DNA from: a virus
Taxonomy: Duplodnaviria; Caudoviricetes
Virus record (IMG/VR): IMGVR_UViG_3300027749_003730
Coordinates: 1 to 55,284 of that record
Length of the DNA stretch: 55,284 bases
Strand: one strand, 5' to 3'
The notes beneath the pieces were generated by a model. The model saw only the letters and a program-made list of their open reading frames with translations. It made no database searches and was not told the DNA's origin. The position numbers and the translations under genes are program-made. Positions within the stretch are counted from its first letter, which is position 1, and each line of letters starts with the position of its first letter. Below, in pieces: positions 36,035 through 46,225 of the stretch.

Positions 36035-36724
36035 ATGTTTGGAACAAGTTATACAGGCGGAATGTCATATCGTTCTGCTAGTGAGATTAATTCAGCAATG
36101 GGTCGTGTCTACGGACACATGAGTTTGGCTGTTATTGTATCAATGATTGTCAGCTACTTCGTAGGCACTAGCCCAGAGTTGTTAGCTTTCTTTTTTACAG
36201 GTGTAATGAAGTGGATTGTGATTTTCTCTCCACTTGCGGCAATCTTTGGTGTTATGATGGTACTAGCCAATAATCCTAGCAAGAGTATAGCACAACTATG
36301 CTTACACGGTTTTGCGGCACTAATGGGCCTGAGCTTTGCTACTATCTTTGCGGTGTTCACTATGGGCAGTATTGTGTCAGCATTTATGGGTGCGGCTATT
36401 CTGTTTGGTGTGATGAGTGGATATGGGTATTTTACTAAACAGAGTCTAGACAGTCTAGGCAAGTTTATGTTTGTGGGATTGATTGCGATCATCATTGCCA
36501 GTATTGTTAACATCTTTATTGGTAGTACAGTTATGCAAATGGTTATCTCAGCATTAGCAATTATTATCTTTCTTGGATTGACTGCCTATGACACCCAAAA
36601 GATACGTGAAGAACTCAGCATAGAAACTAGTGATAGTGCAGAAGTTCGTGGTGCTCTAACGCTTTATATGGACTTTATTAACTTGTTTATTAACTTACTA
36701 CAATTATTTGGCGATAGAAAATAA
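36035..36724 (+). CDS. Bax inhibitor-1/YccA family membrane protein
   Basis: About 7 TM helices; TAYDTQKI...ALTLYMDFINLF. Confidence 0.92.
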   Translation: MFGTSYTGGMSYRSASEINSAMGRVYGHMSLAVIVSMIVSYFVGTSPELLAFFFTGVMKWIVIFSPLAAIFGVMMVLANNPSKSIAQLCLHGFAALMGLSFATIFAVFTMGSIVSAFMGAAILFGVMSGYGYFTKQSLDSLGKFMFVGLIAIIIASIVNIFIGSTVMQMVISALAIIIFLGLTAYDTQKIREELSIETSDSAEVRGALTLYMDFINLFINLLQLFGDRK

Positions 36725-37887
36725 TGATTAAGATAGCTGTTATAGGAACCGGTACAGTCGGGTTAATGTCATTATCTCATCTGCTGGCTTGGCTTCCTGA
36801 AGACAGTCAAGTAGTATCAATATATGACCCTAATATACCTATGTTAGGTATTGGTGAAACTGGACAACCTGGGCTAGTTGAAAACTTGTTTTTCGGTACT
36901 GGATTTACAGTACTAAATGACGGACATGAATTAGATGCAACTATGAAGTTAGGTGCTACCTGGATTGATTGGAGAGAACATGAGTTTAGTCCTGCGATCC
37001 GACCTCCTGGCTATTCCATGCATTTTAATAATTTTAAATTAAAAGATTTTTGCTTTAATCGTTTCTTTGAAAAATGGAAAGATAAATTTAACATTATTGA
37101 AGGTAATGTACTAGATGTTAAGAATGTAGAAGCAGGCGCTGCTGTTAAGGTTGATAATAACGAATATCTTTTTGATTTTATTATTGACTGCCGTGGTTAT
37201 CCAGAAGAGTATACTGACGAATATGAAATGGTCAATATGCATGTTAATCATTGCTTAGGATATTTTGATCCAACGCCTGGCAACTGGAATACTACTATCA
37301 GCCAGGCTCATGAAAATGGATGGATGTTTAGATTGCCATTACAGACCAGACAAAACTGGGGATACCTGTATAATGATACTATAACTAGTAAAGATGAAGC
37401 ATTGGATAATTTTTCTCAGTTGATGAATAGAAATGCACGTGATTTAAAATTAGGTGAATTTACATTTAAACATTATAGAGCTAAACGTGTACTTGATGGT
37501 AGGATTCTTAAAAATGGTAATAGGGCAATGTTCTATGAGCCATTAGAGGCATCGGCTGGTTTTTATTATGATTTGATATTGAGATATTTTATGGATCTGT
37601 TGCATGGAAAATATAATGAGGATCAGTTTAATGCCACATTATATCTTGCAGCCGTTGATACAGAAAACTTTTTAAACTTTGTATATCACGGCGGAAGTAC
37701 CTTTAATAGTAAATTTTGGACGACGGCAAAAGAAAATGCAACCAAAGCATTAGACAATCAAAGATGGCATGAGACAATAAAATTAGTTAACAACTCAGAA
37801 ACTGATAATGATTCAGTAGCAAGATGGGCTGTTGATCATTGGAAGATGTGGGATAAGAATTTAAATTTTAAGTATTTTAAGGATTAG
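36724..37887 (+). CDS. Tryptophan halogenase-like flavoprotein
   Basis: IGTGTVG, IGET, TMKLG, IDCRG, GWMFRLP, FYEPLEA. Confidence 0.8.
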   Translation: MIKIAVIGTGTVGLMSLSHLLAWLPEDSQVVSIYDPNIPMLGIGETGQPGLVENLFFGTGFTVLNDGHELDATMKLGATWIDWREHEFSPAIRPPGYSMHFNNFKLKDFCFNRFFEKWKDKFNIIEGNVLDVKNVEAGAAVKVDNNEYLFDFIIDCRGYPEEYTDEYEMVNMHVNHCLGYFDPTPGNWNTTISQAHENGWMFRLPLQTRQNWGYLYNDTITSKDEALDNFSQLMNRNARDLKLGEFTFKHYRAKRVLDGRILKNGNRAMFYEPLEASAGFYYDLILRYFMDLLHGKYNEDQFNATLYLAAVDTENFLNFVYHGGSTFNSKFWTTAKENATKALDNQRWHETIKLVNNSETDNDSVARWAVDHWKMWDKNLNFKYFKD

Positions 37888-37888
37888 A

Positions 37889-38731
37889 ATGGCACAACAC
37901 ACACATTACTGGAGTTGTACTCCTTTTGCAGACTGGCTCCGTGGCACTAAAAAATTGAGTGCAGGCACAGCCGAAGAATGGGACGACTGGACAACTACAG
38001 CTCAAATGAAGCACAACTTCCGCTATTGGTTAGCCGAAGAAGGTCTTGGCCATCTACAAGACTTTGTTACCTGGCCAGTGAGAAAACTTTATGATATTAA
38101 GTACTATATTAACAATCGTTGGGTATCTCGTACTCATAGCCTTACTGCCCATACTCGCGATATCAAGCCTGGTAGTTGGTGTGATGTGGGTAATAGATTT
38201 CTTCCTTGCTTGTTTAATGAGCTTGTGGACTTTGTTGAAGTAGAGTCAGCTTGGATGCACATTGCTTGGGGTAGTGAAGAAGACCGTGCAAAATATTCGG
38301 CACCATTCTGGGCCACAGGTTGGTTCCGTTGGCGTACTTGGCGTTGCCCACAGGCAGGTATTGACCATTTAGATTGGGCCATGTCCTTAACTAATAACGA
38401 TTGGTGTGAACCAGATCATCCCGACTACGGCAAACCTACTAATCAAGCCGTTCGTGCAAAAGAAATCAAAGAGCTGTACACATGGTGGACCGTGACATAT
38501 CGCAATCGTCCTGATCCTTACGAAGCAAGTGGTTGGACAGAATACTGCGAAGCCAGTCGTCTAGCCAACGGTGGCAAGTTAAGTTGGTTGGGCAGTGACA
38601 AGAGTCCTGAACTTAAAGCTATGAGCGATAGGTCTCATGCCCTACTACAAGAAATTGAAGCAGCATATGAAGCAGAAGACGAAGCCATGATGATTCGTCT
38701 TATCAAGGCTAGAGATAGTCTATGGACCTAA
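37889..38731 (+). CDS. Trp-rich phage hypothetical protein
   Basis: 280 aa ORF with coding-like codon bias. Confidence 0.75.
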   Translation: MAQHTHYWSCTPFADWLRGTKKLSAGTAEEWDDWTTTAQMKHNFRYWLAEEGLGHLQDFVTWPVRKLYDIKYYINNRWVSRTHSLTAHTRDIKPGSWCDVGNRFLPCLFNELVDFVEVESAWMHIAWGSEEDRAKYSAPFWATGWFRWRTWRCPQAGIDHLDWAMSLTNNDWCEPDHPDYGKPTNQAVRAKEIKELYTWWTVTYRNRPDPYEASGWTEYCEASRLANGGKLSWLGSDKSPELKAMSDRSHALLQEIEAAYEAEDEAMMIRLIKARDSLWT

Positions 38732-38883
38732 ATACACTCTGCTGTCAAGCACCAAAAAATTACTCGGAAGAGTATGATTGCTACTATTGCCAACCTTGTA
38801 ATATTTGGTTAGAGGATAAGTGTGGCGATATAGAATGTGAATTTTGTAATATTAGACCAATTACGCCAAACGATGTCAACTAA
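38722..38883 (+). CDS. Small Cys-rich (8 Cys) putative Zn-binding protein (absent from track)
   Basis: MDLNTLCC...YDCYYCQPCNIWLEDKCGDIECEFCNIRP. Confidence 0.65.
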   Translation: MDLNTLCCQAPKNYSEEYDCYYCQPCNIWLEDKCGDIECEFCNIRPITPNDVN

Positions 38884-38953
38884 ATCTTAGGCTACCGCGT
38901 TATATATATGTAGGGATAGAAATTTCTACATTAACCAAAAAGGAAACTTTATC

Positions 38954-39190
38954 ATGAAATCAACCGCAACTTTAATCGCAACCTTATTTGCCGCAACTGC
39001 TTTTGCCGCTGAGCCAGCTAAGGCACCTGCAACTCCTGCCCCAGCTACTACAGCAAGTGCTCCAGCTGTGACAGCAAGTCCTGCCCCACACAAGACTGCA
39101 AAGAAAGAGGTCGCAAAAGCTGATGCCACTAAAAGTGCGGCTCCAGCACCTGCCGCTAAGGATACCAAAACAGAAGCTGTTAAGAAGTAA
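38954..39190 (+). CDS. Secreted Ala/Pro/Lys-rich low-complexity protein
   Basis: AAGGA SD; Sec signal MKSTATLIATLFAATAFA. Confidence 0.75.
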   Translation: MKSTATLIATLFAATAFAAEPAKAPATPAPATTASAPAVTASPAPHKTAKKEVAKADATKSAAPAPAAKDTKTEAVKK

Positions 39191-39379
39191 TCCACTTAGA
39201 AAATCTTTGATACTTGGAGGGAGCGATCCTTCCAGTACCATCGACGATGAAGATCTAATAACAAGTTATCGTCGTAGAGATTTAGACAAGTCGAAAACAA
39301 TCCAACCAGACGATGATCTTAGTGATTATGTGCTGGTTAGATTAGCAGTAGCCAGAGCACGAGCAATGGAAGCATATAG

Positions 39380-39408
39380 AAAAGCCCAGGCATAAACTGG
39401 GCTTTTTT
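39380..39408 (+). terminator. Intrinsic terminator
   Basis: AAAAGCCCAG-GCATAAA-CTGGGCTTTTTT. Confidence 0.8.
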
Positions 39409-39438
39409 GTAAATACAATATCGGTAAGGAGACCAAAA

Positions 39439-39696
39439 ATGAAAAAATTATTAGTATTACAATTAGCTGTCATCTATGCAGTATGCCTTGCGGCTACTAT
39501 GAGTATGGCGTATGCAGAAGAAAAAGATGTCAAAGTTAATGGCAAGACTATGGAAGTTCGTGTTCCAAAATCTGCACACACTGACTGCAAAGATAAAGCC
39601 AATGCAGAAAAGACTGAGTGCAAAAAGCAACCTAAAGAAATGCCAAAGATTGAAAAACCAGTAGTAGAAAAGAAAGCTGAACCAGCTAAGAAGTAA
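39439..39696 (+). CDS. Secreted Lys/Glu-rich small protein
   Basis: AAGGAG SD; signal peptide ending MAYA; one Cys pair. Confidence 0.75.
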   Translation: MKKLLVLQLAVIYAVCLAATMSMAYAEEKDVKVNGKTMEVRVPKSAHTDCKDKANAEKTECKKQPKEMPKIEKPVVEKKAEPAKK

Positions 39697-39702
39697 TAAC
39701 AC

Positions 39703-39747
39703 GGCCCGCCCCTCTAATGTCATAGACTTACGGGCGGGTTTTCTTTT
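39703..39747 (+). terminator. Intrinsic terminator
   Basis: GCCCGCCC...GGGCGGGT followed by TTTCTTTT. Confidence 0.75.
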
Positions 39748-39765
39748 GACTAAATTATCTACGCA

Positions 39766-39773
39766 TATAAATA
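39766..39773 (+). promoter_or_regulatory. T4-late-like promoter TATAAATA
   Basis: Exact TATAAATA 4 nt before the first ATG of the radical SAM array. Confidence 0.55.
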
Positions 39774-39777
39774 GCAT

Positions 39778-40473
39778 ATGAGAATTTGTTTATTAGGACT
39801 ACCAAGATGTGGCAGTCAATTTATTTCAGGATTAATTAAGGGGACATTACAGTTCTGCTCAAACTTAGCAGAGCCATATACTCCTGGACACGAATATACT
39901 ATAATCAAAGAAGACGGACATCTAAAGATTGTAAAAAATACTATGAACTTTTCTTCGTTCAAAGATCAAATTGAATATGTAAGTACTACGTTAAAACTTG
40001 GAAGGACAGACCATCCAATAATAATGAAGGTGTTTCTAACACAACCAACTGTGCCGTTTATAGAAAAAATAATTAATGATTTGCAAGAGTTAAATTTTAA
40101 TTTCTTAATTGTAAAAAGAGAAAATATTGAACATCAACTGTTAAGTTGGTTAATTGCCGAGGAAAGTAATAAATGGTGCTCTCTCGATGGCGAACATATT
40201 TCACCTATAACTATTACTAATATAACCAATGCAGATTGGTTATATAGCGATATGTTAAAATTTGATGAATTAATTACGCAATTTAAAATAAATGTTCCAA
40301 CTATAAGATATGAACATGCCATTGAAGATTTATCTAAATATCTAAAGACTCCAATTCGAACACATACTTTATTAAAAAAACAAGTAATCGATGATCCGTA
40401 CGATATGATTGTAAATGCCGATGAAGTAAAAGAACATATAAAAAGATTATTAAATGACAGAACAATATATTAA
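39778..40473 (+). CDS. Sulfotransferase-like protein (Stf0-like)
   Basis: GLPRCGSQ (PAPS loop), EP, KREN..HQLLS, IRYE. Confidence 0.65.
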   Translation: MRICLLGLPRCGSQFISGLIKGTLQFCSNLAEPYTPGHEYTIIKEDGHLKIVKNTMNFSSFKDQIEYVSTTLKLGRTDHPIIMKVFLTQPTVPFIEKIINDLQELNFNFLIVKRENIEHQLLSWLIAEESNKWCSLDGEHISPITITNITNADWLYSDMLKFDELITQFKINVPTIRYEHAIEDLSKYLKTPIRTHTLLKKQVIDDPYDMIVNADEVKEHIKRLLNDRTIY

Positions 40474-41401
40474 ACTAGAACATTCTAATCCTGGTCATGA
40501 AGATTGGTTTGTAGTAAACTGGTGTCTTGGTAATACTTGTAATTTCGAATGTAGTTATTGCCCAGCGTCCCTGCATGACGGATCTAAACGTTGGCCAGAT
40601 CCGCAGGTAATTAAAAACTTTATTGCAAAAGTAAAAGATCACTATTTTCATAAAAATATCTATTTTGAATTTACCGGCGGTGAAGTCACTATGTATAAAG
40701 ACTTTATTGAGATTTGTCAGTTTTGTACAGAGATGGGTATTAAAGTAGGTTTGATCAGCAATGGGTCACGTACATTAAGATACTGGGAAGAAAACATGCA
40801 GTTCTTTGACCATGTGTGTTTAAGCTATCATCCAGAGTTTGCAGATGATGAACATTTTGTTAATGTAGTTAAATTATTACATAACGATGTTCGTACACAC
40901 GTTAATATTATGATGAGTCCTGAAAAGTTTGATCACTGCTATGCAGTAGCAAATAAAGTAAAGAATTTAGGTAATATCTCAATGGCCTTACAACCATTGA
41001 TTCACGATTTTGGTGATACATTATTTGATTACACTGAATTCCAAAAGAAAATATTTGATAAACAACATGAGTTGATTACTAAACATATCAAGTTTGACAA
41101 GAAGTTTGATTACTATCGAGGTGCAATGCGAGCAGTAAATGATGAAGGCAAAAGTTTAGTATCTAGTGCCCACAGATTTATCAGCGAAAAAACCAACAAT
41201 TGGTTAGGGTGGAAATGCTACGCGGGCATTGAACAATTGATTGTCGATATGGACGGCACCATTCATCGAGGATGGTGTAAGGTAGGAGGAGTTATTGGGC
41301 ATATTGAAGATACAAAATTGCAACTACCAATGGATCCAGTTATTTGTAATAAGACCATGTGCCATTGTAATTTTGATATCATGTGTACTAAGGAAAAATA
41401 A
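40454..41401 (+). CDS. Radical SAM protein with C-terminal Twitch/SPASM-like domain
   Basis: CNFECSYC, TGGE, SNG; C-terminal CYAG...WC...CNKTMCHC. Confidence 0.9.
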   Translation: MTEQYIKLEHSNPGHEDWFVVNWCLGNTCNFECSYCPASLHDGSKRWPDPQVIKNFIAKVKDHYFHKNIYFEFTGGEVTMYKDFIEICQFCTEMGIKVGLISNGSRTLRYWEENMQFFDHVCLSYHPEFADDEHFVNVVKLLHNDVRTHVNIMMSPEKFDHCYAVANKVKNLGNISMALQPLIHDFGDTLFDYTEFQKKIFDKQHELITKHIKFDKKFDYYRGAMRAVNDEGKSLVSSAHRFISEKTNNWLGWKCYAGIEQLIVDMDGTIHRGWCKVGGVIGHIEDTKLQLPMDPVICNKTMCHCNFDIMCTKEK

Positions 41402-42177
41402 TGTTTCGATATTGCGTGTTATCAATTCCTCGAACAGGGAGTACATGGCTAACTAACGGCATTGGTCATACTTATCATCGATTTAAAAATTATATTAATT
41501 TACATGAATTTTGTACTCCATTTACTCGAATCAATAGTAGATATAAACTAGACGACAATAATATTATTAAAGAGTTTTTTGAGACAGAACCTTACGAAGT
41601 TTTAAATCCTACTAATTTTGTAAATTCTAGAGTAGATATATTATTAAAAGGTGATATTAATCAGCCATTAGTTTTAAAATATATGTATATGACACGACCA
41701 TTAAAAGAAACTAACGACTTAGATAATCTTCAAAGAATCCAAGATCATAAGATTATTATAGTTAATCTTATTAGAGATACATTTGACAGTACAATAAGTT
41801 CAGCAGTAGCCGGGTTAACCGGCATAAATCACAAGTGGGAAACTACTAAGGGCGAGTTCTGGTCAACTAGTAATGGTGAAAAAACTAAAATTAATATTCC
41901 CAATATTATTGTACCTGCACTAGATTTTAAAGCAGCATATTTTCAAATGAAGCAGGCAAATATAGAAAAACAAAAGATAGCAGATTTATTAGGATGTACA
42001 ACAGTTAACTATAACAACTTAAGATTTGATTGTATCAATAATAAAATACCATTCCAAAATTATACACATTCTAGAAAAGTCTATGATGTTGATTACAGTG
42101 AAATTATACAAAATTATGATCAGTTATTAAAAATAAAAGAACAAGTAGATAATATGTTTTCTACTAACAACCTATGA
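41401..42177 (+). CDS. Sulfotransferase-like protein
   Basis: SIPRTGSTW, HE, LIRD...ISS. Confidence 0.65.
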   Translation: MFRYCVLSIPRTGSTWLTNGIGHTYHRFKNYINLHEFCTPFTRINSRYKLDDNNIIKEFFETEPYEVLNPTNFVNSRVDILLKGDINQPLVLKYMYMTRPLKETNDLDNLQRIQDHKIIIVNLIRDTFDSTISSAVAGLTGINHKWETTKGEFWSTSNGEKTKINIPNIIVPALDFKAAYFQMKQANIEKQKIADLLGCTTVNYNNLRFDCINNKIPFQNYTHSRKVYDVDYSEIIQNYDQLLKIKEQVDNMFSTNNL

Positions 42178-42234
42178 GAATTTGTTTGTTAGGATTTCAA
42201 ATATTAATGAGGTTCTTACTGCTTTAAATATATC

Positions 42235-43638
42235 ATGAATAATAAAATAATACCAATATTACCCGAATCGCCCGTAGCAGGTAATCCTATGGATACCATG
42301 TGTGAGTTTAAATGGAATTATCCAATATTTCAAATGGACCGTGGCGAGTTTAGAAGTTGCTGTCGTACTCCATCAAAGCAGGTGCCTGAATCTTTACTAC
42401 AGGAAAAAGGCATAGATGCCTTTTTAAACAATGATGAAATTATTAAAGTCGTCTAGATTTGATCAAACGGTGTTAGGCACGCTGACTGTCAGAGCTGCTG
42501 GAACTTAGAAGACCGAGGCATGAAGAGTCCTAGAGAACCAGAAAATTTTTGGAACTTCTTAAAACGTGAGCGTGTTATTCCTCGAGACATAGAGTACAAT
42601 GAAGAGAATGTACGTGTAGAACTAGGAAAAATTAATTCCGTAAATCATCCATTTTTAAAGGCTAGAAAACCTTACATGATGGAAATCAGTCTAGGCAATA
42701 CATGTGATTTAAAATGTATGTACTGTAATCATCATTACTCAACACAGTGGGCAACAGAACTAATAAAGATAGGTGAAATCACGCAAGAACAATATGATCG
42801 AGAGTTTCCAAAAACAGCACCCAGTTATGAAGCTAAATTCTGGGAGTGGTTTAATTCAGTCGGAAGCTGGAGCATACACCGAATTAATATGATTGGTGGC
42901 GAACCTCTTATTATTCCTGAATTCTATGAGTATGTAGAAAAAATGACTGCTCGATTTGATAAAATAATGCCTATTAAAAGATTAAAGCCGACACTGTGTA
43001 TTGTGACAAACATGCATACACCTGCTAATTATTTTAATAAATTTATCAACAGTCTTCCTAAAATTACAAAAGTATTTGATTTAGAAATTTTAATTAGTAT
43101 GGAGAGTTTAGAAAATCGTGCTGAGTACATTCGCAATGGCATCTCGTGGGATCGATTTAACTCAAATGTAAATAAAATTCTAGCTGTTAAAGATTCTGAA
43201 TTCCAAATAGGATTTCTAATGTCTGTTAATGTATTAAGTATTGCTACTACTAAAAACTTTGTAGAGTATGCAACTAACTTGTCAGACCAATATCAACGAC
43301 CTATTGGACTAAAACAAAATATTGTTAACTTTCCTAAGTGGCAAAACCCCATGATATTACCATCAGAATTTTCAAAATATCTATACGAAACAATTGAATA
43401 CATGGAACAGCATGTTAGCAGAATACCTAATCCAACTGACTTTCACGGTCGATATGATCAATATATGATATTTTTAAAGAGCCTGGCGGACAGTATGGCA
43501 ACTAACGATGGAGACTATACTGAAGATCGTAAGAAGTTTTATGAATGGTACAATACCTTTGATCAACGTCGTGGTCTTAATTTAGTAGAAACATTTCCTG
43601 AATATACAGAATTTTACAACTATTGCAAAACATTATGA
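42235..43638 (+). pseudogene. Twitch-radical SAM gene interrupted by compensating -1/+1 indels (or sequencing error)
   Basis: ORFs 42235-42456 and 42520-43638 are in the same frame; moving one A restores KSRLDLINGVRHADCQSCW; CDLKCMYC, GGEP. Confidence 0.75.
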
Positions 43639-45023
43639 TTAAAAAAGAATGGAATTTTTATAGCACCCCATACCAGCATTGGGAGTGGGACACAATGGTA
43701 GGGTTGTGTAAAAAAATTGACGAGATATATAACTGGGATATATCTAAAAAATTAGAAGGTAAAAGAAGTGCGGGTGAGCTTTCTGACAACGATATCGTTG
43801 ACAATATTCCAGATAATTTTTGTGTGCTACCGTTTGCAAGATTACAAATAGATCCTGATGGTAGGGCCAAACCTTGTTGTAAATACAAAAACGGTGTGGC
43901 ACCGGATCTAAATGATCATACAAAATTACCTAATAAAAACTTAGACGAATTATGGAATCAAGATGAGTTTGTTATGATCCGTGATCAGTTTATGCGAAAT
44001 CAACGACCTGAAGGTTGTAAGGTATGTTGGGATGAAGAAGCGGCTGGTATGAAAAGCCTTAGACAAGTAGTGCAAAATGGTGGTAAAGAGAATCCTCGAT
44101 ATAATTTGTTTGTAAAAGTTCCTAGCCAAAGTCCAGACCACTTAGATCTAAAGCTCAGTAATTTATGTAATTTAAAATGTAGAATATGTACCCCATTTTT
44201 ATCTAGCCAATGGATTAAAGAACATAAAGATTTAAAACTGGCAGATGACAATGTTATTAAAATTTACACTGAGAACTCTCGTGAAAAATTATTTGAAGAT
44301 ACGTACAACGAAGAAATATTGAAACAATGGGCGCCTAATATAACTGACATCGAATTCTACGGTGGAGAACCACTAATACAACAAGAACATAGTAAGGTGT
44401 TGGAAATTATAACAACCTATGGTACTACTGAAAGATTAAGATTTTTTTATAACAGTAATTCGACACAATTTAATCCTAAGTTTTTTGAGTACTGGAAAAA
44501 ATGTTCGTTTATCACTATTAATTTTAGTGTTGATGATATAGGCGAAAGATTTGAATATCAAAGAAAAAATGCAGTATATGACGATGTGTTTAAGAATCTT
44601 GCATTATTTGTTGAACATGCAGACAAGCATCAACTAAAGTACGAGTTTAACATATACTGTACTGTTGGAATAATGAATGTTTTGTATCTACCTGAATTTT
44701 TAAAAGAAGCTGAAAAGTTTAATTTGCAAATATGGCTGAACCTAGTACATTACCCTGATCACTTTAACATTAAAAATTTACCTAAAGACGTTAAAGAAAT
44801 AGTAAAAACAAAATTAGAAACTATAGATTATAGTAATATAAAATTTAATAGAGATTCAATTAGCATAAAAGACATTATTAACTTTATGATGTTAAATGAT
44901 AATGACCCTGCAATGATTGAAAAATTTTATGACGTAGTTAATTTACATGACGGGTATCGAGAAGAATCATTTGAACAAACTTTTCCAGAATTACATGATT
45001 TATTAAAGAAGAGTAAGACATGA
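43635..45023 (+). CDS. Radical SAM protein with N-terminal Twitch-like domain
   Basis: CVLPF...PCC...CKVCW; NLCNLKCRIC; GGEP. Confidence 0.9.
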   Translation: MIKKEWNFYSTPYQHWEWDTMVGLCKKIDEIYNWDISKKLEGKRSAGELSDNDIVDNIPDNFCVLPFARLQIDPDGRAKPCCKYKNGVAPDLNDHTKLPNKNLDELWNQDEFVMIRDQFMRNQRPEGCKVCWDEEAAGMKSLRQVVQNGGKENPRYNLFVKVPSQSPDHLDLKLSNLCNLKCRICTPFLSSQWIKEHKDLKLADDNVIKIYTENSREKLFEDTYNEEILKQWAPNITDIEFYGGEPLIQQEHSKVLEIITTYGTTERLRFFYNSNSTQFNPKFFEYWKKCSFITINFSVDDIGERFEYQRKNAVYDDVFKNLALFVEHADKHQLKYEFNIYCTVGIMNVLYLPEFLKEAEKFNLQIWLNLVHYPDHFNIKNLPKDVKEIVKTKLETIDYSNIKFNRDSISIKDIINFMMLNDNDPAMIEKFYDVVNLHDGYREESFEQTFPELHDLLKKSKT

Positions 45024-46225
45024 ATCTAGGTAGTTATGGCGATAGTTTTTGCGTAATGCCGTGGACTAATCTGTCGACTGATGTCAATGGATCTCTAAGA
45101 CCGTGTTGTAAATTTGCACAACCGAATATTAATAATGAATTACAATTGCCTAATATGAAGGATGGCAGGATTGATGTGCTGTGGAATTCACAAGGTTTTC
45201 AAAACTTAAGAAAAGCATTTTTAGACGGTAAAAAACCTAAAGAGTGTCATCAATGTTGGGATGAAGAATCAGCTGGAATTAGGAGTATGCGTCAGGACTT
45301 TCCACAAAACATTGATATTTCTAAGATAGAATTTTTGCCAGTTAATAAATCTGGACCAAAAGCATTAGATTTAAAACTGAGTAATGTGTGTAATCTTAAA
45401 TGTAGAATCTGCGGACCAATGGCATCAAGCTCTTTGTTTAAAGAACATAAGCAACGGTATGGTATTAAAATTATTGAAAATAAACACGATCCGGAATACC
45501 GGAGCGAATACTGGCTTGAAAATAAATTTTTTGATACTAACAATGAAGAAGTATTTGTTAACTGGTTGAAGGATCTACAGCATTTAGAAATTACAGGTGG
45601 CGAACCTATGACAAGTCCGGAAAACTTAAAGTTATTAAAAACTTTAGATGACCTAGACTTATCTAAGAACATTACATTTCTAATGAATACTAATGCTACA
45701 ATAGTAAATGATAAAGTATTACAGTACATTAAAAAATTTAAATATGCTCAAATATTCTTAAGCATAGATGATATTGATAATCGATATGAATATCAAAGAT
45801 TTCCAGGTAATTTCAAAACAATTGAAGACAACTTAAAGCAATACAAAAAACTACAAAACGAAAATTCCAATGTATCTATTACAATTTTCCCAACTATAAG
45901 TAATTTTAATATTTTTTATCTAGACGAAATATACAACTGGTTAAATGAACACGGAGTATCATACTTCTTTAATATACTACATCACTCAAGTTATAACTGT
46001 ATTAAAAATTTACCACAACAGATTAAAAATATATTAATAGAAAAATACAAGAATAGCAAAATAGAAAAAATACATGAATTATTAAGTTTTTTAAATCAAC
46101 CTGGCCAGGATGAATTAGATTTATTTTTTAATGAAGTTAATGAAGTTGATAAAATAAGAGATCAAAAATTTGAAATAGAATTTAACGAATGGTATAAAGT
46201 ATTAACAAATGCAAAAATTAACTGA
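45020..46225 (+). CDS. Radical SAM protein with N-terminal Twitch-like domain
   Basis: CVMPW...PCC...CHQCW; NVCNLKCRIC; GGEP. Confidence 0.9.
   Translation: MNLGSYGDSFCVMPWTNLSTDVNGSLRPCCKFAQPNINNELQLPNMKDGRIDVLWNSQGFQNLRKAFLDGKKPKECHQCWDEESAGIRSMRQDFPQNIDISKIEFLPVNKSGPKALDLKLSNVCNLKCRICGPMASSSLFKEHKQRYGIKIIENKHDPEYRSEYWLENKFFDTNNEEVFVNWLKDLQHLEITGGEPMTSPENLKLLKTLDDLDLSKNITFLMNTNATIVNDKVLQYIKKFKYAQIFLSIDDIDNRYEYQRFPGNFKTIEDNLKQYKKLQNENSNVSITIFPTISNFNIFYLDEIYNWLNEHGVSYFFNILHHSSYNCIKNLPQQIKNILIEKYKNSKIEKIHELLSFLNQPGQDELDLFFNEVNEVDKIRDQKFEIEFNEWYKVLTNAKIN

Noticed and set aside
38722-38883. Cys-rich peptide as a RiPP precursor for the radical SAM array
   Set aside because: Its CxxC spacing fits a Zn-binding protein, it is coupled to an upstream gene, and two terminators separate it from the array; not formally excluded.
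42454-42460. Stop-codon recoding or selenocysteine readthrough
   Set aside because: Two different stops occur in a locally shifted frame; TAG and TGA end genes normally elsewhere; no suppressor tRNA is in the window.
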